Of a DNA stretch of 64,000 bases, positions 48,554 through 59,564 are shown piece after piece. Source of the stretch: a virus. Lineage: Duplodnaviria; Caudoviricetes. The stretch lies in the IMG/VR virus record IMGVR_UViG_3300049740_002155; one strand, written 5' to 3'. The translations under genes were made by a program, and so were the position numbers. The notes under the pieces were generated by a model that searched no databases, was not told where the DNA came from, and saw only the letters and a list, made by a program, of their open reading frames with translations. The stretch's first letter is position 1; every line of letters begins with the position of its first letter.

Positions 48554-50970
48554 AGATTTCCTACGACATCTCCGAAGTTACGCATAATAATACCAGCACA
48601 CGCATTTGCTTCATTCTCTATATCACTACCAGTTTCTCCACTATCTATTTCAAGTAGACCCAGTTCGTTTTGTTTTTGGTGAACCATTTCGTGTGCTATA
48701 CTTCTACAAACATCAGCAAATGCTCTTTCTTTTGTATATATAGAAATTTCATTGGTATTCGGATCATAACAAGCAGCCGTCATATGCTCATGTCGTTTCT
48801 CTAAAAGTTTTACTGATACTTTTTCTTTTAATTGTAGTGCGTTTTTTGCAAATTTGATAAACTCTTGAACATTGTCTTTGTTCATTGCGACTTCGTTTAA
48901 TGCTTTTTTATTATTCATTATTTTAATTTCCTTGATAGTTGCTCCTCCTGTTCTAACGATTTCACGAAAGAACCAACGAGTCCATTCTCCTAATTTACCA
49001 GGACCTCTTATTATATATAGTTTAAATGCTTCTGCAAATGCTTCTTCTGGATTTGTATTCCCGTAGTTAGTAATGTGTTCAATCGGAATTTCCTTACCAG
49101 GACCAACCCATCTATCTGCTAATTTTGTTACAACTTCTTTTCTGTTCTCGGTTGACCAAACCGATGACATTTGCATTGCCTTGAACTTTGCTTTGGTCTC
49201 GACATTGTCTTCGTTTTTATCAATGACTTTTAATCCTGCTCGTCTTTTGTATATCTTGCTTCCATTCTTATCAAAATACTTTTCTACATAATCTTCTACA
49301 TCTTTACGTTCAATAGATACTTTCTTGCTTTTGATCGTATCTTGCCAATGCTTCTTTGCATTAGATGGAACATTACGATACCAAAAACGATGACCAAGTT
49401 CGTGAGTGAATGTATCTTGGGTCATTCCACATCCGTACAACTTGAGCATATCTTTATTCATATAATACTCACCATTAACCATTTCTCCAGTATCTGCTGT
49501 TAATCCGAAGTCTAAATCAACGGTTAATCCTTCTATACACTTTCCGAAACCTGCTTTTTGAATTTTCTTTGACCAACTCTTAATTCCATTTACTAACTCA
49601 TTGAAACTTTTTTCACGACTTGCTTCTCCTTGTTCTGTTCCACCTTTTCTTTTGAAGTTATGAATAACCAATTTGACAGGTCCTATTTGTGCTTGTTCAA
49701 TTGGTTTCTCTCGTTCTTGATCACCTTCTATCGCAATGTACTGAAGAAGTGCTTTGATTCCCAAACGGAATTCTGCACGATACCTTCGAATGTTTGTTTC
49801 TCGTTCTCGTGCCAGTATTTGTGGACTTACACGATGCTTTTTATCTATAAAGTCCCACATCTCTGGAAAGTTACCACCAAGACTTGTAACTGCTCTCCAA
49901 CATTTTTCACGAACTTCTTTTTCTTCCCAGGTTTCCAGTTCCTTACCCTTCGCACCTGTATGTTTATACTGCAAAAAGAATTTGTAAACCCATTGTTCAA
50001 AGTTTTCTTGGAATGTACCAAATGCTCTTCTTACTTTCTTAAAGTCTTTGATTGTCTGTGGGTCTTCACTGTTACCACCAATTGCTTTGTATGCTTTAGT
50101 AAGAACTCTTAAATCCTTTGCCCACTTCTTTACTGAGTTGCTATCAACCTTTACTTTGCTTTCTGAAATGATTTCCGACAGATTACCTTTTTGTATATAC
50201 ATATATAAACCTGCTAATCGTTTCTTAAACTTTTTGAGATATTTACTGTTGATATATGTAAGAAAGTCTTTATCAAAAAACTCTACATCAATTGCCCAAT
50301 CTTGAAATGATTTGTAACTTTCTAATTTCTTCTTTTTAAAGTCGGCAAGAAATTCCGGACGATGTGCAAACCGATCAGATAGATTTTTCCATACACGAAC
50401 TATCTGAGATTGTCCTGCTTGATAATATGCATTAAATTCTTCTGGTGTGTTGTAGTATCCTTCTATATCTTGTGTATCTAAGTACTTGGCACTTGTTTTT
50501 CCTAAACCACGACTACGATACCTTAAATGATCAAGAAAGTGTATATATTCGTGAATGAATGTATCTTTATCAAGACGAGTATCCATATACTTGCCATTGT
50601 AATCACCAATTAGATTGGCATTTACAATTACACCTTTAAATGATATTCCCCCAACTTTCAAACTTTTGTTTGTAAAACCACCTGCGATTGTTACTCCACC
50701 ACGTGATGAGCTTTTTGTTGGAATGAAAAATAATACTACCTCACTTAAAGACGGAAAGTTTTTATCTATGTCTGTTCCTCTAAGAGCAACACCTTTCCAT
50801 TGTGTAAGTGGTATAAATGGTTTGTTGACTATACTATTCTCACCTTCACCTTCTAATTTATCTTTATGTTTAGTTAAAAATCGCACCACTTTATCATATG
50901 CTTTTTCGGCAATACCTGTGTAATACATATCTTGCTCTACATTTGCTTCTTTTATATGGGTGCTATTCAT
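48544..50970 (-). CDS. multi-domain protein with three zincin-like HExxH metallopeptidase modules
   Basis: HEYIH 50539-50553, HELGH 49390-49404, HEMVH 48679-48693, each with a downstream E.F/E.A motif. Confidence 0.75.
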   Translation of the reverse strand: MNSTHIKEANVEQDMYYTGIAEKAYDKVVRFLTKHKDKLEGEGENSIVNKPFIPLTQWKGVALRGTDIDKNFPSLSEVVLFFIPTKSSSRGGVTIAGGFTNKSLKVGGISFKGVIVNANLIGDYNGKYMDTRLDKDTFIHEYIHFLDHLRYRSRGLGKTSAKYLDTQDIEGYYNTPEEFNAYYQAGQSQIVRVWKNLSDRFAHRPEFLADFKKKKLESYKSFQDWAIDVEFFDKDFLTYINSKYLKKFKKRLAGLYMYIQKGNLSEIISESKVKVDSNSVKKWAKDLRVLTKAYKAIGGNSEDPQTIKDFKKVRRAFGTFQENFEQWVYKFFLQYKHTGAKGKELETWEEKEVREKCWRAVTSLGGNFPEMWDFIDKKHRVSPQILARERETNIRRYRAEFRLGIKALLQYIAIEGDQEREKPIEQAQIGPVKLVIHNFKRKGGTEQGEASREKSFNELVNGIKSWSKKIQKAGFGKCIEGLTVDLDFGLTADTGEMVNGEYYMNKDMLKLYGCGMTQDTFTHELGHRFWYRNVPSNAKKHWQDTIKSKKVSIERKDVEDYVEKYFDKNGSKIYKRRAGLKVIDKNEDNVETKAKFKAMQMSSVWSTENRKEVVTKLADRWVGPGKEIPIEHITNYGNTNPEEAFAEAFKLYIIRGPGKLGEWTRWFFREIVRTGGATIKEIKIMNNKKALNEVAMNKDNVQEFIKFAKNALQLKEKVSVKLLEKRHEHMTAACYDPNTNEISIYTKERAFADVCRSIAHEMVHQKQNELGLLEIDSGETGSDIENEANACAGIIMRNFGDVVGNLYD

Positions 50971-51020
50971 CAAGTATAAATATTAACTAGCTATAAATAT
51001 ATACATTTTATATAAGTACA

Positions 51021-51052
51021 AAAAAAGAACCAATCCGAAGACTGGTTCTTTT
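51021..51052 (-). terminator. intrinsic terminator with UUCG loop
   Basis: minus strand AGAACCAGTC-TTCG-GATTGGTTCT-TTTTT. Confidence 0.85.
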
Positions 51053-51072
51053 ATACATAACCTTTTTTTGTG

Positions 51073-51177
51073 TTATTCGTTTCCAGTTAATATAAACCAA
51101 ATCTGCAAACACATAATAAAAGCAAATGCTACTATTCCACCTAGCAACTCGTATATTGCATATAGTCTTCTTTTCAC
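51073..51177 (-). CDS. 34-aa membrane micropeptide
   Basis: GTGA-coupled to clamp loader stop; KRRLYAIYELLGGIVAFAFIMCLQIWFIL. Confidence 0.5.
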   Translation of the reverse strand: MKRRLYAIYELLGGIVAFAFIMCLQIWFILTGNE

Positions 51178-52136
51178 TCTAGCATTTTTTCTAATATTTG
51201 AACAATTGTTGATGCAAATGTGATTTCTTTATCGACAACTAAACTATCATGGTAGGTTTGTTGGTCAAGAATGACTACGACCTTTCCACTTTTACCGGGA
51301 GCATATTCGTCTACATTATCAAACAAAAACTTGTATACATCTGTGAAATCGTTTATTTTTTCATTTGCAATAAGTTGACGGACATCTTTCCATGCTTTCT
51401 TGGGGTCTTTACTTGCATTCTTTAGAATTTCCAATAATTTCAACTTATAGTCACCTTCAATGAGGTCTTCTTTGACAACCTCAAGAGTACCATTGATACT
51501 ATTTTGTTGTGCGTTGTTGATTACCTTACGAATATCAGGATATCCTTTATTCACCATCAATGCAATATCATCTGGTTGTGCTTTAACGGACTCCTTTGCA
51601 AGAATCTTAGCAAGATGAATTGCAACATCTTTACGATTGGGAGGAACGATGTTGAATGTTTGACAACGACTGACAATCGGTTCAATGATTTTTTCGTGGT
51701 AATTACAAGTAAGAATAAAACGAGTAGTGGCACTAAACTGCTCCATAAGATTTCTTAAAGCAGCCTGAGCATTACCTGTAAGAAAGTCACACTCATCAAG
51801 TAGAATAATCTTAAGGTCATTGAAACCCATACTACTTGCGAACGACTTAATCTTTGTACGAACGGTATCCACATTATTTTCATCACTCGCATTGATGTAC
51901 AGATAATCACAAGGAACTTGTTTGGTAATCAACTTACCTAAAGTTGTTTTACCCGTACCTGCTTTACCATACAAAAGCAAATGAGGAATGTCCTTGGACT
52001 CAATCCAAGATGCAGCCCGTTTCTTTAAAGGTTCGTTTCCGATATAATCGGATAAGTCTTTGGGTCGATATTTCTCAACCCAAAGACTATTTTCCGATTC
52101 AACTGGAGACTTTGTTGCTTCTTCTAAGAAATTCAT
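51174..52136 (-). CDS. clamp loader AAA+ subunit (gp44/RFC-small-like)
   Basis: LWVEKYRP, LLLYGKAGTGKTT, ILLDECD, SRC motif. Confidence 0.95.
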   Translation of the reverse strand: MNFLEEATKSPVESENSLWVEKYRPKDLSDYIGNEPLKKRAASWIESKDIPHLLLYGKAGTGKTTLGKLITKQVPCDYLYINASDENNVDTVRTKIKSFASSMGFNDLKIILLDECDFLTGNAQAALRNLMEQFSATTRFILTCNYHEKIIEPIVSRCQTFNIVPPNRKDVAIHLAKILAKESVKAQPDDIALMVNKGYPDIRKVINNAQQNSINGTLEVVKEDLIEGDYKLKLLEILKNASKDPKKAWKDVRQLIANEKINDFTDVYKFLFDNVDEYAPGKSGKVVVILDQQTYHDSLVVDKEITFASTIVQILEKMLE

Positions 52137-52861
52137 TAATCGGTTGTTTGAATTTCAACCAAGTAATAACTGCTACGGAAGTCACCGACTTCAAACTCAA
52201 TGCTTGCAATTCCCTTGGAACTAACATTGAGGACACTCTTTTCAGAGTCACTGTTTGCATTAAGAATTTCCTTAAAATACTTTGAGGAAAAACTAATAGG
52301 ATCTGTGATTGTACTCTTACCTTCGGTGATCGCATTCAAAGAAACACGATTGCTATTGATAGTAGAATAACCAATTACCAACTGAATTCCGTCCTTAGAC
52401 GGAACGATGGTAAAGGTATCACAATCACTCAATGCACTTGCTGAACGAACAAACTTCTTTGCGAAGTCGTTGCTAAAAGGAATTTGCAGATCAAAATCTG
52501 GCAAGTCCTTCAATGCAGGTACATTAGGAATTACTGCTAAATCAGCAAGCATGAAGTTAACACTTGTTGTGTCATCTGAAACATTAATGCTGACATTCTT
52601 TTCGTTCTTTTCAACGACCTCAACATTAATTTCGTCACCAACGACTGACAACAACTGCTTCAACTTTGCAGTATCATAAACACCAACTTCACCTTCTGTG
52701 AGTTCAAAGTCCTTTGCAGATACTTTGCCGAGAACACTTTTGTCATCGGTAATGAAGGTGGTTTCGCAAACGTTGTCTCCGTTAGTTTCCCACTTAACTG
52801 ATTCTACGTTACCATTAAGATTGTAACGAGAAATGAATTGTAGTACTTTATCTTTTTTCAT
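52136..52861 (-). CDS. sliding clamp (gp45-like)
   Basis: 241 aa, coupled to clamp loader, beta-rich pattern; TTGACA-17-TAATAT 7 nt before ATG. Confidence 0.75.
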   Translation of the reverse strand: MKKDKVLQFISRYNLNGNVESVKWETNGDNVCETTFITDDKSVLGKVSAKDFELTEGEVGVYDTAKLKQLLSVVGDEINVEVVEKNEKNVSINVSDDTTSVNFMLADLAVIPNVPALKDLPDFDLQIPFSNDFAKKFVRSASALSDCDTFTIVPSKDGIQLVIGYSTINSNRVSLNAITEGKSTITDPISFSSKYFKEILNANSDSEKSVLNVSSKGIASIEFEVGDFRSSYYLVEIQTTD

Positions 52862-52906
52862 AGTTTATATATTATTATTTTAATTGTTAATTGTCAATAT
52901 TTGTTT

Positions 52907-53158
52907 TCAGTCTTCTGGACTTTTTAGAATTTTCTCATAAGAAAAACCATCTTTATTTTTTGCACAATTTGTAACTAACTCTTGAACGTATTGTGATAAT
53001 ACCTGAGGTGATACTTTCTTTATTTTCTTTTCAGTTTTTATCATATCTAAGAAAGCATCATTTACTTCAAACAACATATCAGGCACACCCTCGGAGGTTT
53101 CTGTTATGTCTATTACTTCAATGTGTGGAGTTTTGCTTTTCTTATGATAATCGTCCAT
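52907..53158 (-). CDS. hypothetical protein
   Basis: 83-aa ORF. Confidence 0.55.
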   Translation of the reverse strand: MDDYHKKSKTPHIEVIDITETSEGVPDMLFEVNDAFLDMIKTEKKIKKVSPQVLSQYVQELVTNCAKNKDGFSYEKILKSPED

Positions 53159-53522
53159 CGGTAATCATGCTTCTTATTTGAACTGGTATTATTTCTATAT
53201 CATTACCTTTTGTATTTTTCAGTGTAATCGAATGATTGTTTAGTTTTGCTTCCATGAAACTTTCTATATCAAAGAAATATAATTTATCTTTGATTGAAAT
53301 CTCCAAGATTCTATCTGATGGTTTCATGCTTTTAATATCCAATAATGTATGATTGCAAATTTTATTATTAATTGTAATTGCATGGCATTCCATCAATGCA
53401 GAGTACATTGCATAAAACTTTTTTTCTCGTTTCAATTCAAATATAGAACTAAATCCAGAAGCATATTTTTTATGTCTATCTGTATAATCTTCTTCTATAT
53501 CAAATAAATCTTCGTAAAACAT
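53142..53522 (-). CDS. hypothetical protein
   Basis: 126 aa; TTGACG-17-TATAAT 6 nt before ATG. Confidence 0.6.
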   Translation of the reverse strand: MFYEDLFDIEEDYTDRHKKYASGFSSIFELKREKKFYAMYSALMECHAITINNKICNHTLLDIKSMKPSDRILEISIKDKLYFFDIESFMEAKLNNHSITLKNTKGNDIEIIPVQIRSMITDGRLS

Positions 53523-53560
53523 GAATATATTATATTATATATGTATATATTCGTCAACCA

Positions 53561-54679
53561 TTATTTCAATAATTGATCGGGGTTGAGTGGAATTAAATCA
53601 TTAACAACGAACTCTCCGTCTTTACGAATAAGTTCATCATCAAAGTAAATTTCACCTCCACCATAATCTGGTCGTTGAATCTTCACCATGTCCCAATGAA
53701 CTTGTGAATCGTTTCCGTTGCTCGCATCGTCATAGCATTGTCCAGGTGTGAAATGAAAACTACCACCAATTTTTTCGTCAAATAAAATATCACGCATTGG
53801 ATGTGTAACATATGGATTGAATCCAATAGCAAACTCACCAATGTATCTTGCTCCATCGTCACTATCAAGAATTTCATTTAGTGCTTCGGTGCTTGAATTG
53901 CTATTTGCATAAGCATCAATAATCTTTCCTTTATTAAATTCTAACTTAATTCCGTCAAAGTCAATTCCACGATAAATTGTTGGGGCATTGAACTGAATGT
54001 GACCATATACACTATCTTTAATTGGACAACTAAATACTTCTCCATCTGGTATATTATGAGTACCACCACAAGCAACTGCACCAATTCCCTTTATAGAGAA
54101 TCGCAAATCTGTGTCATCACCTTTAATGTGAACTTTATCTGCGTTCTGCATTCTCTTTTGCAGATTGCTCATACCAGGATTAAATTTAGCATAATCAAAT
54201 GTACAAACATCAAAGTAAAAGTTTTCAAATGCTTCGGTACTCATATTTGCTTGTTGTGCCATAGCAGGATGCGGCCATCTTAAAATACACCATTTGGTTT
54301 CGTTTACACGATAATCAAGATAAGGTTTGGTAATCTTAGACATCATTGTTTTAATATCTGGATCAACATCACTTGTTTCGTATATATTATGAGAACCTGC
54401 GATAGCAATATAAGCATCCATTTCTTGAATCTTAGGCATACTGAACTTCATAAAGGTTTCCATTTGTTCTTTGGTTGCATGAAGCATAATTTCACGACCT
54501 ATGCGACTTTGTGAGGTTTGTACAAAAGGAATTCCTCCATATTCACGAACTGCACGAACAAGTGCAATCGTCATATTCTCTGGTACTTCGGTGTTGTCTA
54601 TTAAAACCTTTTCACCTTTCTTTAAAGATACACTATGCCTTACAAGAAGGTCTGCTAATTTTGTATAGTTCTGTTCCAT
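53561..54679 (-). CDS. M29 (AmpS/AmpT-type) aminopeptidase
   Basis: [33 protein letters not shown]. Confidence 0.92.
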   Translation of the reverse strand: MEQNYTKLADLLVRHSVSLKKGEKVLIDNTEVPENMTIALVRAVREYGGIPFVQTSQSRIGREIMLHATKEQMETFMKFSMPKIQEMDAYIAIAGSHNIYETSDVDPDIKTMMSKITKPYLDYRVNETKWCILRWPHPAMAQQANMSTEAFENFYFDVCTFDYAKFNPGMSNLQKRMQNADKVHIKGDDTDLRFSIKGIGAVACGGTHNIPDGEVFSCPIKDSVYGHIQFNAPTIYRGIDFDGIKLEFNKGKIIDAYANSNSSTEALNEILDSDDGARYIGEFAIGFNPYVTHPMRDILFDEKIGGSFHFTPGQCYDDASNGNDSQVHWDMVKIQRPDYGGGEIYFDDELIRKDGEFVVNDLIPLNPDQLLK

Positions 54680-54719
54680 AATGATTTATATTTTATATAT
54701 TTATGTATGTATATACAAG

Positions 54720-56135
54720 TTAAAATGCAAAGAATTCTTTGCTTTTATTTTTTTCACTTGCTTGTGTAGGACTCTCTGCATCATTTACTCGTGTTTTGGC
54801 AATAATAGCATAATCCTTTTCTTTTTCAATTCCGATATATTTTCTATCAAGCAGTTTGGCCGCAATACAAGTTGTTCCACTTCCAACAAACGGATCAACA
54901 ACAACATCATTTTCACGACTTCCAAGTGTTACTAAATAACTCATAAGTTCAATAGGTTTGACAGTTGGATGAACGTTTTGTTTTTCCGTGACAAATCTAC
55001 CGGTAACATCGTGGTCGATTTTGCTATTGCTCATATCTTCTGCATTTCTTCTTCCTGGCATTGATGAACTTTTCTTTTTGGGAAGATGTTCAAGACCTTT
55101 GTTTTTTTCTGCTTTGCTTGCTTTTGCGACAATCATAAAAGGAAATGTCTTTTGAACACTTTTGGGTAATTTATGTATTTGTGATTTCCACCAAGAATCC
55201 AAATCGTAAAAACGAGAAAATGATCCTTCGTCTCCGTAAGTTCTTCCGGCAGGTTTGCCTGTACTTTCTTGCCAAATACCACCAGATGCACTTCCACTAT
55301 CTGTGTGTTTTCCTTTGCTTCGTTTTACTCCATCATTAAGTACATCATCTTGTACAATCAAATTGGCTGCAAATCTTCCGTCTGGTTTGTCGTAACCAAT
55401 TTGTTCCCCACTTGAATAAACTCCAGTATTTTCTCCGTGGAATCCACCACGATCATCACTTTGTTTATTTTGAGATTCGGATTGATCATCTTCGTTTTTG
55501 TAAGGAATTCTACAATCGTCCAACCAAGTAATTCCTTTGCCATTTTTCATTGCTTGTTCAATGGTGGTTTTTTCTGTGATTGGTTTCATTGCAACAAGTA
55601 CAACTTCTACCGCAGGTTTTGGTTGATAACCAACATAAGAACCTTCAAGTGCTTTTGCTTCATCGGATGCAGGTTCAGTTATATCGGGTGTTCTTCTTTC
55701 TTGCGTGTCACTATCCTTCCAATTGTTATATGTAGTTAGTTCTTGGTTGCCTTCAGGAGTTTTGTATTTTCCAATAACTTTTCTTTTTTTACCAAGTTGC
55801 TTGTCCACCGTCTTTCCTACATTATGTGCTTTTGGAAATCCTGTTGCGTATGTCCAATAAATCGGAGTGAATCCGATATTGAATCCTGCATCTTCTAAAC
55901 GAACCATCATACGACTTTGTACATCTGAACGAGGTGCTGACATAACGAAGCAGAATCCTCCTGGTTTCAAAACTCGTAGACACTCTTGCCAAATTTCTAA
56001 TGCAGGAACTGCTTTGTCCCAATCACGATTCATAAACGAATAACCATAAGGTGGGTCTGTGCAGATCAAGTCTACCGATTCATCCTCAAGTTTCTTGAGA
56101 ACTTTCAAACTATCTCCATTGATTATTTTATTCAT
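54720..56135 (-). CDS. N4/N6 DNA methyltransferase, beta class, with large insertion
   Basis: GDSL, TDPPY near N-terminus; HPTVKP and DPFVGSGT near C-terminus. Confidence 0.9.
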   Translation of the reverse strand: MNKIINGDSLKVLKKLEDESVDLICTDPPYGYSFMNRDWDKAVPALEIWQECLRVLKPGGFCFVMSAPRSDVQSRMMVRLEDAGFNIGFTPIYWTYATGFPKAHNVGKTVDKQLGKKRKVIGKYKTPEGNQELTTYNNWKDSDTQERRTPDITEPASDEAKALEGSYVGYQPKPAVEVVLVAMKPITEKTTIEQAMKNGKGITWLDDCRIPYKNEDDQSESQNKQSDDRGGFHGENTGVYSSGEQIGYDKPDGRFAANLIVQDDVLNDGVKRSKGKHTDSGSASGGIWQESTGKPAGRTYGDEGSFSRFYDLDSWWKSQIHKLPKSVQKTFPFMIVAKASKAEKNKGLEHLPKKKSSSMPGRRNAEDMSNSKIDHDVTGRFVTEKQNVHPTVKPIELMSYLVTLGSRENDVVVDPFVGSGTTCIAAKLLDRKYIGIEKEKDYAIIAKTRVNDAESPTQASEKNKSKEFFAF

Positions 56136-57024
56136 AACTAAAAAACTTATTTGAGTTAACACGAAGCTCGTCTTGCTCACAATAATCGGGTATTTCATAT
56201 TCACCTTTTTTGCGAAAAACCATAATATATTCGTGTATTTTACTTGTGTATCTTTTGCTTGCTACTTTCGCACATTGAACATAAGCAAACGGACTAAGAT
56301 TCTTCATAATAATTGTATCGTGGTGAATCATTCCTTCGTTTACAAATGCAGTAATCAAGTCCGAATGAAAACTACGAAGACCACTACCTGTCATATCTCT
56401 CCAATCTGAAACAACCCATACGCAAAATGCTCCTGGTTTCAAAACACGATTTATATTTTTACCACACTTTTGAATTTGAGTCATAAAGTCTTCGTATGTT
56501 TCACATTCACTTAATTGATTTTTTGCAGTTTCGTATTTTTCAAGATTGTGATACGGAGGACAAGTAAATACCAAATCAGCAGTTTCATTTCGTGTATATA
56601 ACATCTCTGTTCCATCACAATTAAAAAGTTTGGGTGATACCTTGAACTTTTTAAAATGTTTCATACAACGATCATATGTTTGCTTTGATACTTCGTAACC
56701 TTGATAGTTACGACCAAGTTTACTTGCAACCATAGCACGTGTAGCACGACCTGAAAATGGGTCTACGATTACACTTCCACGCATACTCCAATAACGAAGA
56801 ATTTGCTCTGCTAATCCTGCGTGAAACTCACTGAATCTAAGACCAGGAAGATTCTCTGCATCTTTACTTCTTTTTGTTTCACGAATTCCATCATCAAGAT
56901 ATGCTTCCGGCCATTGTTCACGGTGATCACGACTTGGTTCTAATACACTCAAAGGCAACCAACCGAATTGTTCGTCAATTCTACAATCTTTTCTGATTGG
57001 AAGTATTTGATTATAGTTTGCCAT
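56128..57024 (-). CDS. N4/N6 DNA methyltransferase
   Basis: VDPFSGRAT (motif I) then FTCPPY (motif IV). Confidence 0.85.
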   Translation of the reverse strand: MANYNQILPIRKDCRIDEQFGWLPLSVLEPSRDHREQWPEAYLDDGIRETKRSKDAENLPGLRFSEFHAGLAEQILRYWSMRGSVIVDPFSGRATRAMVASKLGRNYQGYEVSKQTYDRCMKHFKKFKVSPKLFNCDGTEMLYTRNETADLVFTCPPYHNLEKYETAKNQLSECETYEDFMTQIQKCGKNINRVLKPGAFCVWVVSDWRDMTGSGLRSFHSDLITAFVNEGMIHHDTIIMKNLSPFAYVQCAKVASKRYTSKIHEYIMVFRKKGEYEIPDYCEQDELRVNSNKFFSYE

Positions 57025-59531
57025 TAGAAAGCAAAAAACTTTTGAGCAGTTGCAAGATTCTCACTTGCAAAGTCCCAACTAAGTGCATCGTAAAAGTCAC
57101 GCAACTTTCCTTCAAGTTCTCGTTCAAACAATTTATCTTTATCTGCATACTTCTCAATAAACTCCATAAGTTGTGGTGGGTCTTCATAACCACGAAACGC
57201 AAGTGCATCTAAACCAAGTTCATTGTTCTTCAAATAAATCCACTTAATTTTTTCACCATTACGAATAGGTTCACTTTGTATTTTAAACTTTTTGAGAAAC
57301 TGATTGTGAATGATACTTGATTTAACGTGTGCGGGTGTACTTTTTGCACACTCACCCATAACTGCACCTTTATCCATCATCTTTACATACTTGGATATAT
57401 TTTTAACTGCACTCGTCTTTGCAATATCATCAACCGACTCGTTCTTAACTTGCTTTTTGAGTGTAACAATCTTTTCATCAATTTCTTCTTTCGGTACATC
57501 CTTCAAAATATCTTTGAGGATTTCCGTCATAAACTTACGAAACCGAGTTGGAAAACTACTACGCACAACATCAAGACCTTTAACTTCCAATTCGTCACAA
57601 GTAACACCGTTGTTGTTGATAATCCATTGTGCATATCGTTTCTTTGCCAACCACATACTTGCTTTGGCAATCACTTCTTGTTTAATGTCATAACGATGCT
57701 CTTCAATGTTGAAGAAACGTTTTGCCATAACATCATAACTTTTATTGATGAAGTTTTGTACATCACCCGCAACTTCAAGAATTGCAGTTGCCATTTCGTC
57801 ATCGTTCTTTACATCAACGTGAGGCATCGTTTTTTCTACGATAGGCAATGCTGAAAAGAAAACCGAGTCGGTATCAATGTATATACAATGATCTTCTGTA
57901 TCACCAAGTGTTTTATTGTAATAGTGATTCGCAATCTTGCGACTAAACTTAATCACGGACACACCTGTGGTCGTAACTGCTTCTGCATTGTCCACATCAT
58001 AAAACCGAAAAATAGGCAAACCAAGAACACCATACAACGAATTAAGAAGAATCTTTTGCACGTGCTGACGTCTTTTATAGAACACATACTTTGCATCGTC
58101 ACCTGAGTTACCATACTCTTTCATTTTGTTCTTGAACTCAACACGTTGGTTGAACCATTGATCAAGAATCGCAGGAATAAGTCCGACCTTATTCTTGGTA
58201 TACATAACTCCGTTGCTACTGATAGAAAGATTGTTATCTTTTAGAAATGCCTTGAACTCATCTGCTGAATATGTTTCTCCACGAAATCCAACTTCGGTTT
58301 GTTCTCCGTCACAAAACTTCTCGGGACTCCAATTATCAACAACACCCACTTTGGTTTCTGGTGAAATATTCGTGGACATAATAATAGATGGATACAGAGA
58401 AGTTAAATCCAAGTCAAACACCCACTTGTATTTGCCAGGTGTCGGTGCAGCCACATATGCTCCACTAAACTTCTTGGATTCGTCACCTTTAATTTCATTG
58501 AATCGTTCACGACCATTTGGGTCTTTATTTGGTGCGACAAGATTGTGTCTGCGAAGATAAGTAAGCAATGCACCTTCAAGATAACGAGACGAAAATAAAA
58601 TGTCTTCATACGGAACGTGTCCAACGTGACAAATGCTACGAGTCAATTCAATGAGTTCCATCTTTCTATCAATCTCAACAACAATCTTTACGTCGTTCAA
58701 ATTGTATTCAATGAACTTCTCAATATCTTGTGAAAACAAATCATCAAGATTACCTTCGTATTCAACTTTACCAATACCAACTTCTTTACGACCAATTGCA
58801 TCCAAACGATAACTTGGTTCAACACTAAATGTAAAGTTCTTGTATAACGCAAGATAATCCAAGCAACTAACACCTGCAATAACAATACGTTTCTTGAACT
58901 GATGATAATATGCGTGTCCAATAGGACTCAAACGATTTGCATCACCTTGCCCTAAAACTCTTGCGAGTCTACGATACAAATAAGGAACGTCAAAGTAATC
59001 AATGTTCCAACCGGTCAATATTGTCGGACTAATCTCTTGATAAAAATCAAGAAAGTGTTCAAGCATTGCTCGTTCTGTATCATAAGAATAAACCGAAACT
59101 TCATCATTAGAATAGTCGGTGATTTTATCTTCCTTGTCTAAAACAAGAACCACATAGTTATTAGAACAACTATCGTGATACGCAATGGAAGTAATAGGAT
59201 TGTTTGCTCGTTCTGTGTCAGGCAACTCTCCTTCCATACTAACCTCAATATCGAAGTTTAATACACAATGACCTGTACTTGGTTCATCGTCATCTTCGTA
59301 CAAATCAATTAAATTACGTGTTTCAATCGGAACATCTGATTCAAACAAACCTTCGTCTTCATAACGATACTTAGTTACCTTTTCTAACTTGTCACCATAC
59401 ATACTACGATACATTCCGTTCGGAGACTTTCTGTATGCGTATGGTTTGTTTTTGTAGGTTACTAAACCTTGTTTATCATCCCACAAATAAATTGTGTTGT
59501 TCTTTTTGCTTACGAATATATTTTGGTACAT
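57024..59531 (-). CDS. family B DNA polymerase (gp43-like)
   Basis: exo FDIE, GWNIDYFD, YNLND; pol DLTSLYPS, KILLNSLYG, YIDTDS; TTGACT-17-TACGAT 8 nt before ATG. Confidence 0.97.
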   Translation of the reverse strand: MYQNIFVSKKNNTIYLWDDKQGLVTYKNKPYAYRKSPNGMYRSMYGDKLEKVTKYRYEDEGLFESDVPIETRNLIDLYEDDDEPSTGHCVLNFDIEVSMEGELPDTERANNPITSIAYHDSCSNNYVVLVLDKEDKITDYSNDEVSVYSYDTERAMLEHFLDFYQEISPTILTGWNIDYFDVPYLYRRLARVLGQGDANRLSPIGHAYYHQFKKRIVIAGVSCLDYLALYKNFTFSVEPSYRLDAIGRKEVGIGKVEYEGNLDDLFSQDIEKFIEYNLNDVKIVVEIDRKMELIELTRSICHVGHVPYEDILFSSRYLEGALLTYLRRHNLVAPNKDPNGRERFNEIKGDESKKFSGAYVAAPTPGKYKWVFDLDLTSLYPSIIMSTNISPETKVGVVDNWSPEKFCDGEQTEVGFRGETYSADEFKAFLKDNNLSISSNGVMYTKNKVGLIPAILDQWFNQRVEFKNKMKEYGNSGDDAKYVFYKRRQHVQKILLNSLYGVLGLPIFRFYDVDNAEAVTTTGVSVIKFSRKIANHYYNKTLGDTEDHCIYIDTDSVFFSALPIVEKTMPHVDVKNDDEMATAILEVAGDVQNFINKSYDVMAKRFFNIEEHRYDIKQEVIAKASMWLAKKRYAQWIINNNGVTCDELEVKGLDVVRSSFPTRFRKFMTEILKDILKDVPKEEIDEKIVTLKKQVKNESVDDIAKTSAVKNISKYVKMMDKGAVMGECAKSTPAHVKSSIIHNQFLKKFKIQSEPIRNGEKIKWIYLKNNELGLDALAFRGYEDPPQLMEFIEKYADKDKLFERELEGKLRDFYDALSWDFASENLATAQKFFAF

Positions 59532-59564
59532 TGAATACTATCGTATCTTAATTTATATAAAAAG

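Noticed and set aside
57024-59531. Intein or intron in polB, ligase or clamp loader
   Set aside because: Motifs are continuous, lengths are ordinary, and no Cys..His-Asn splice junction or LAGLIDADG segment was seen.
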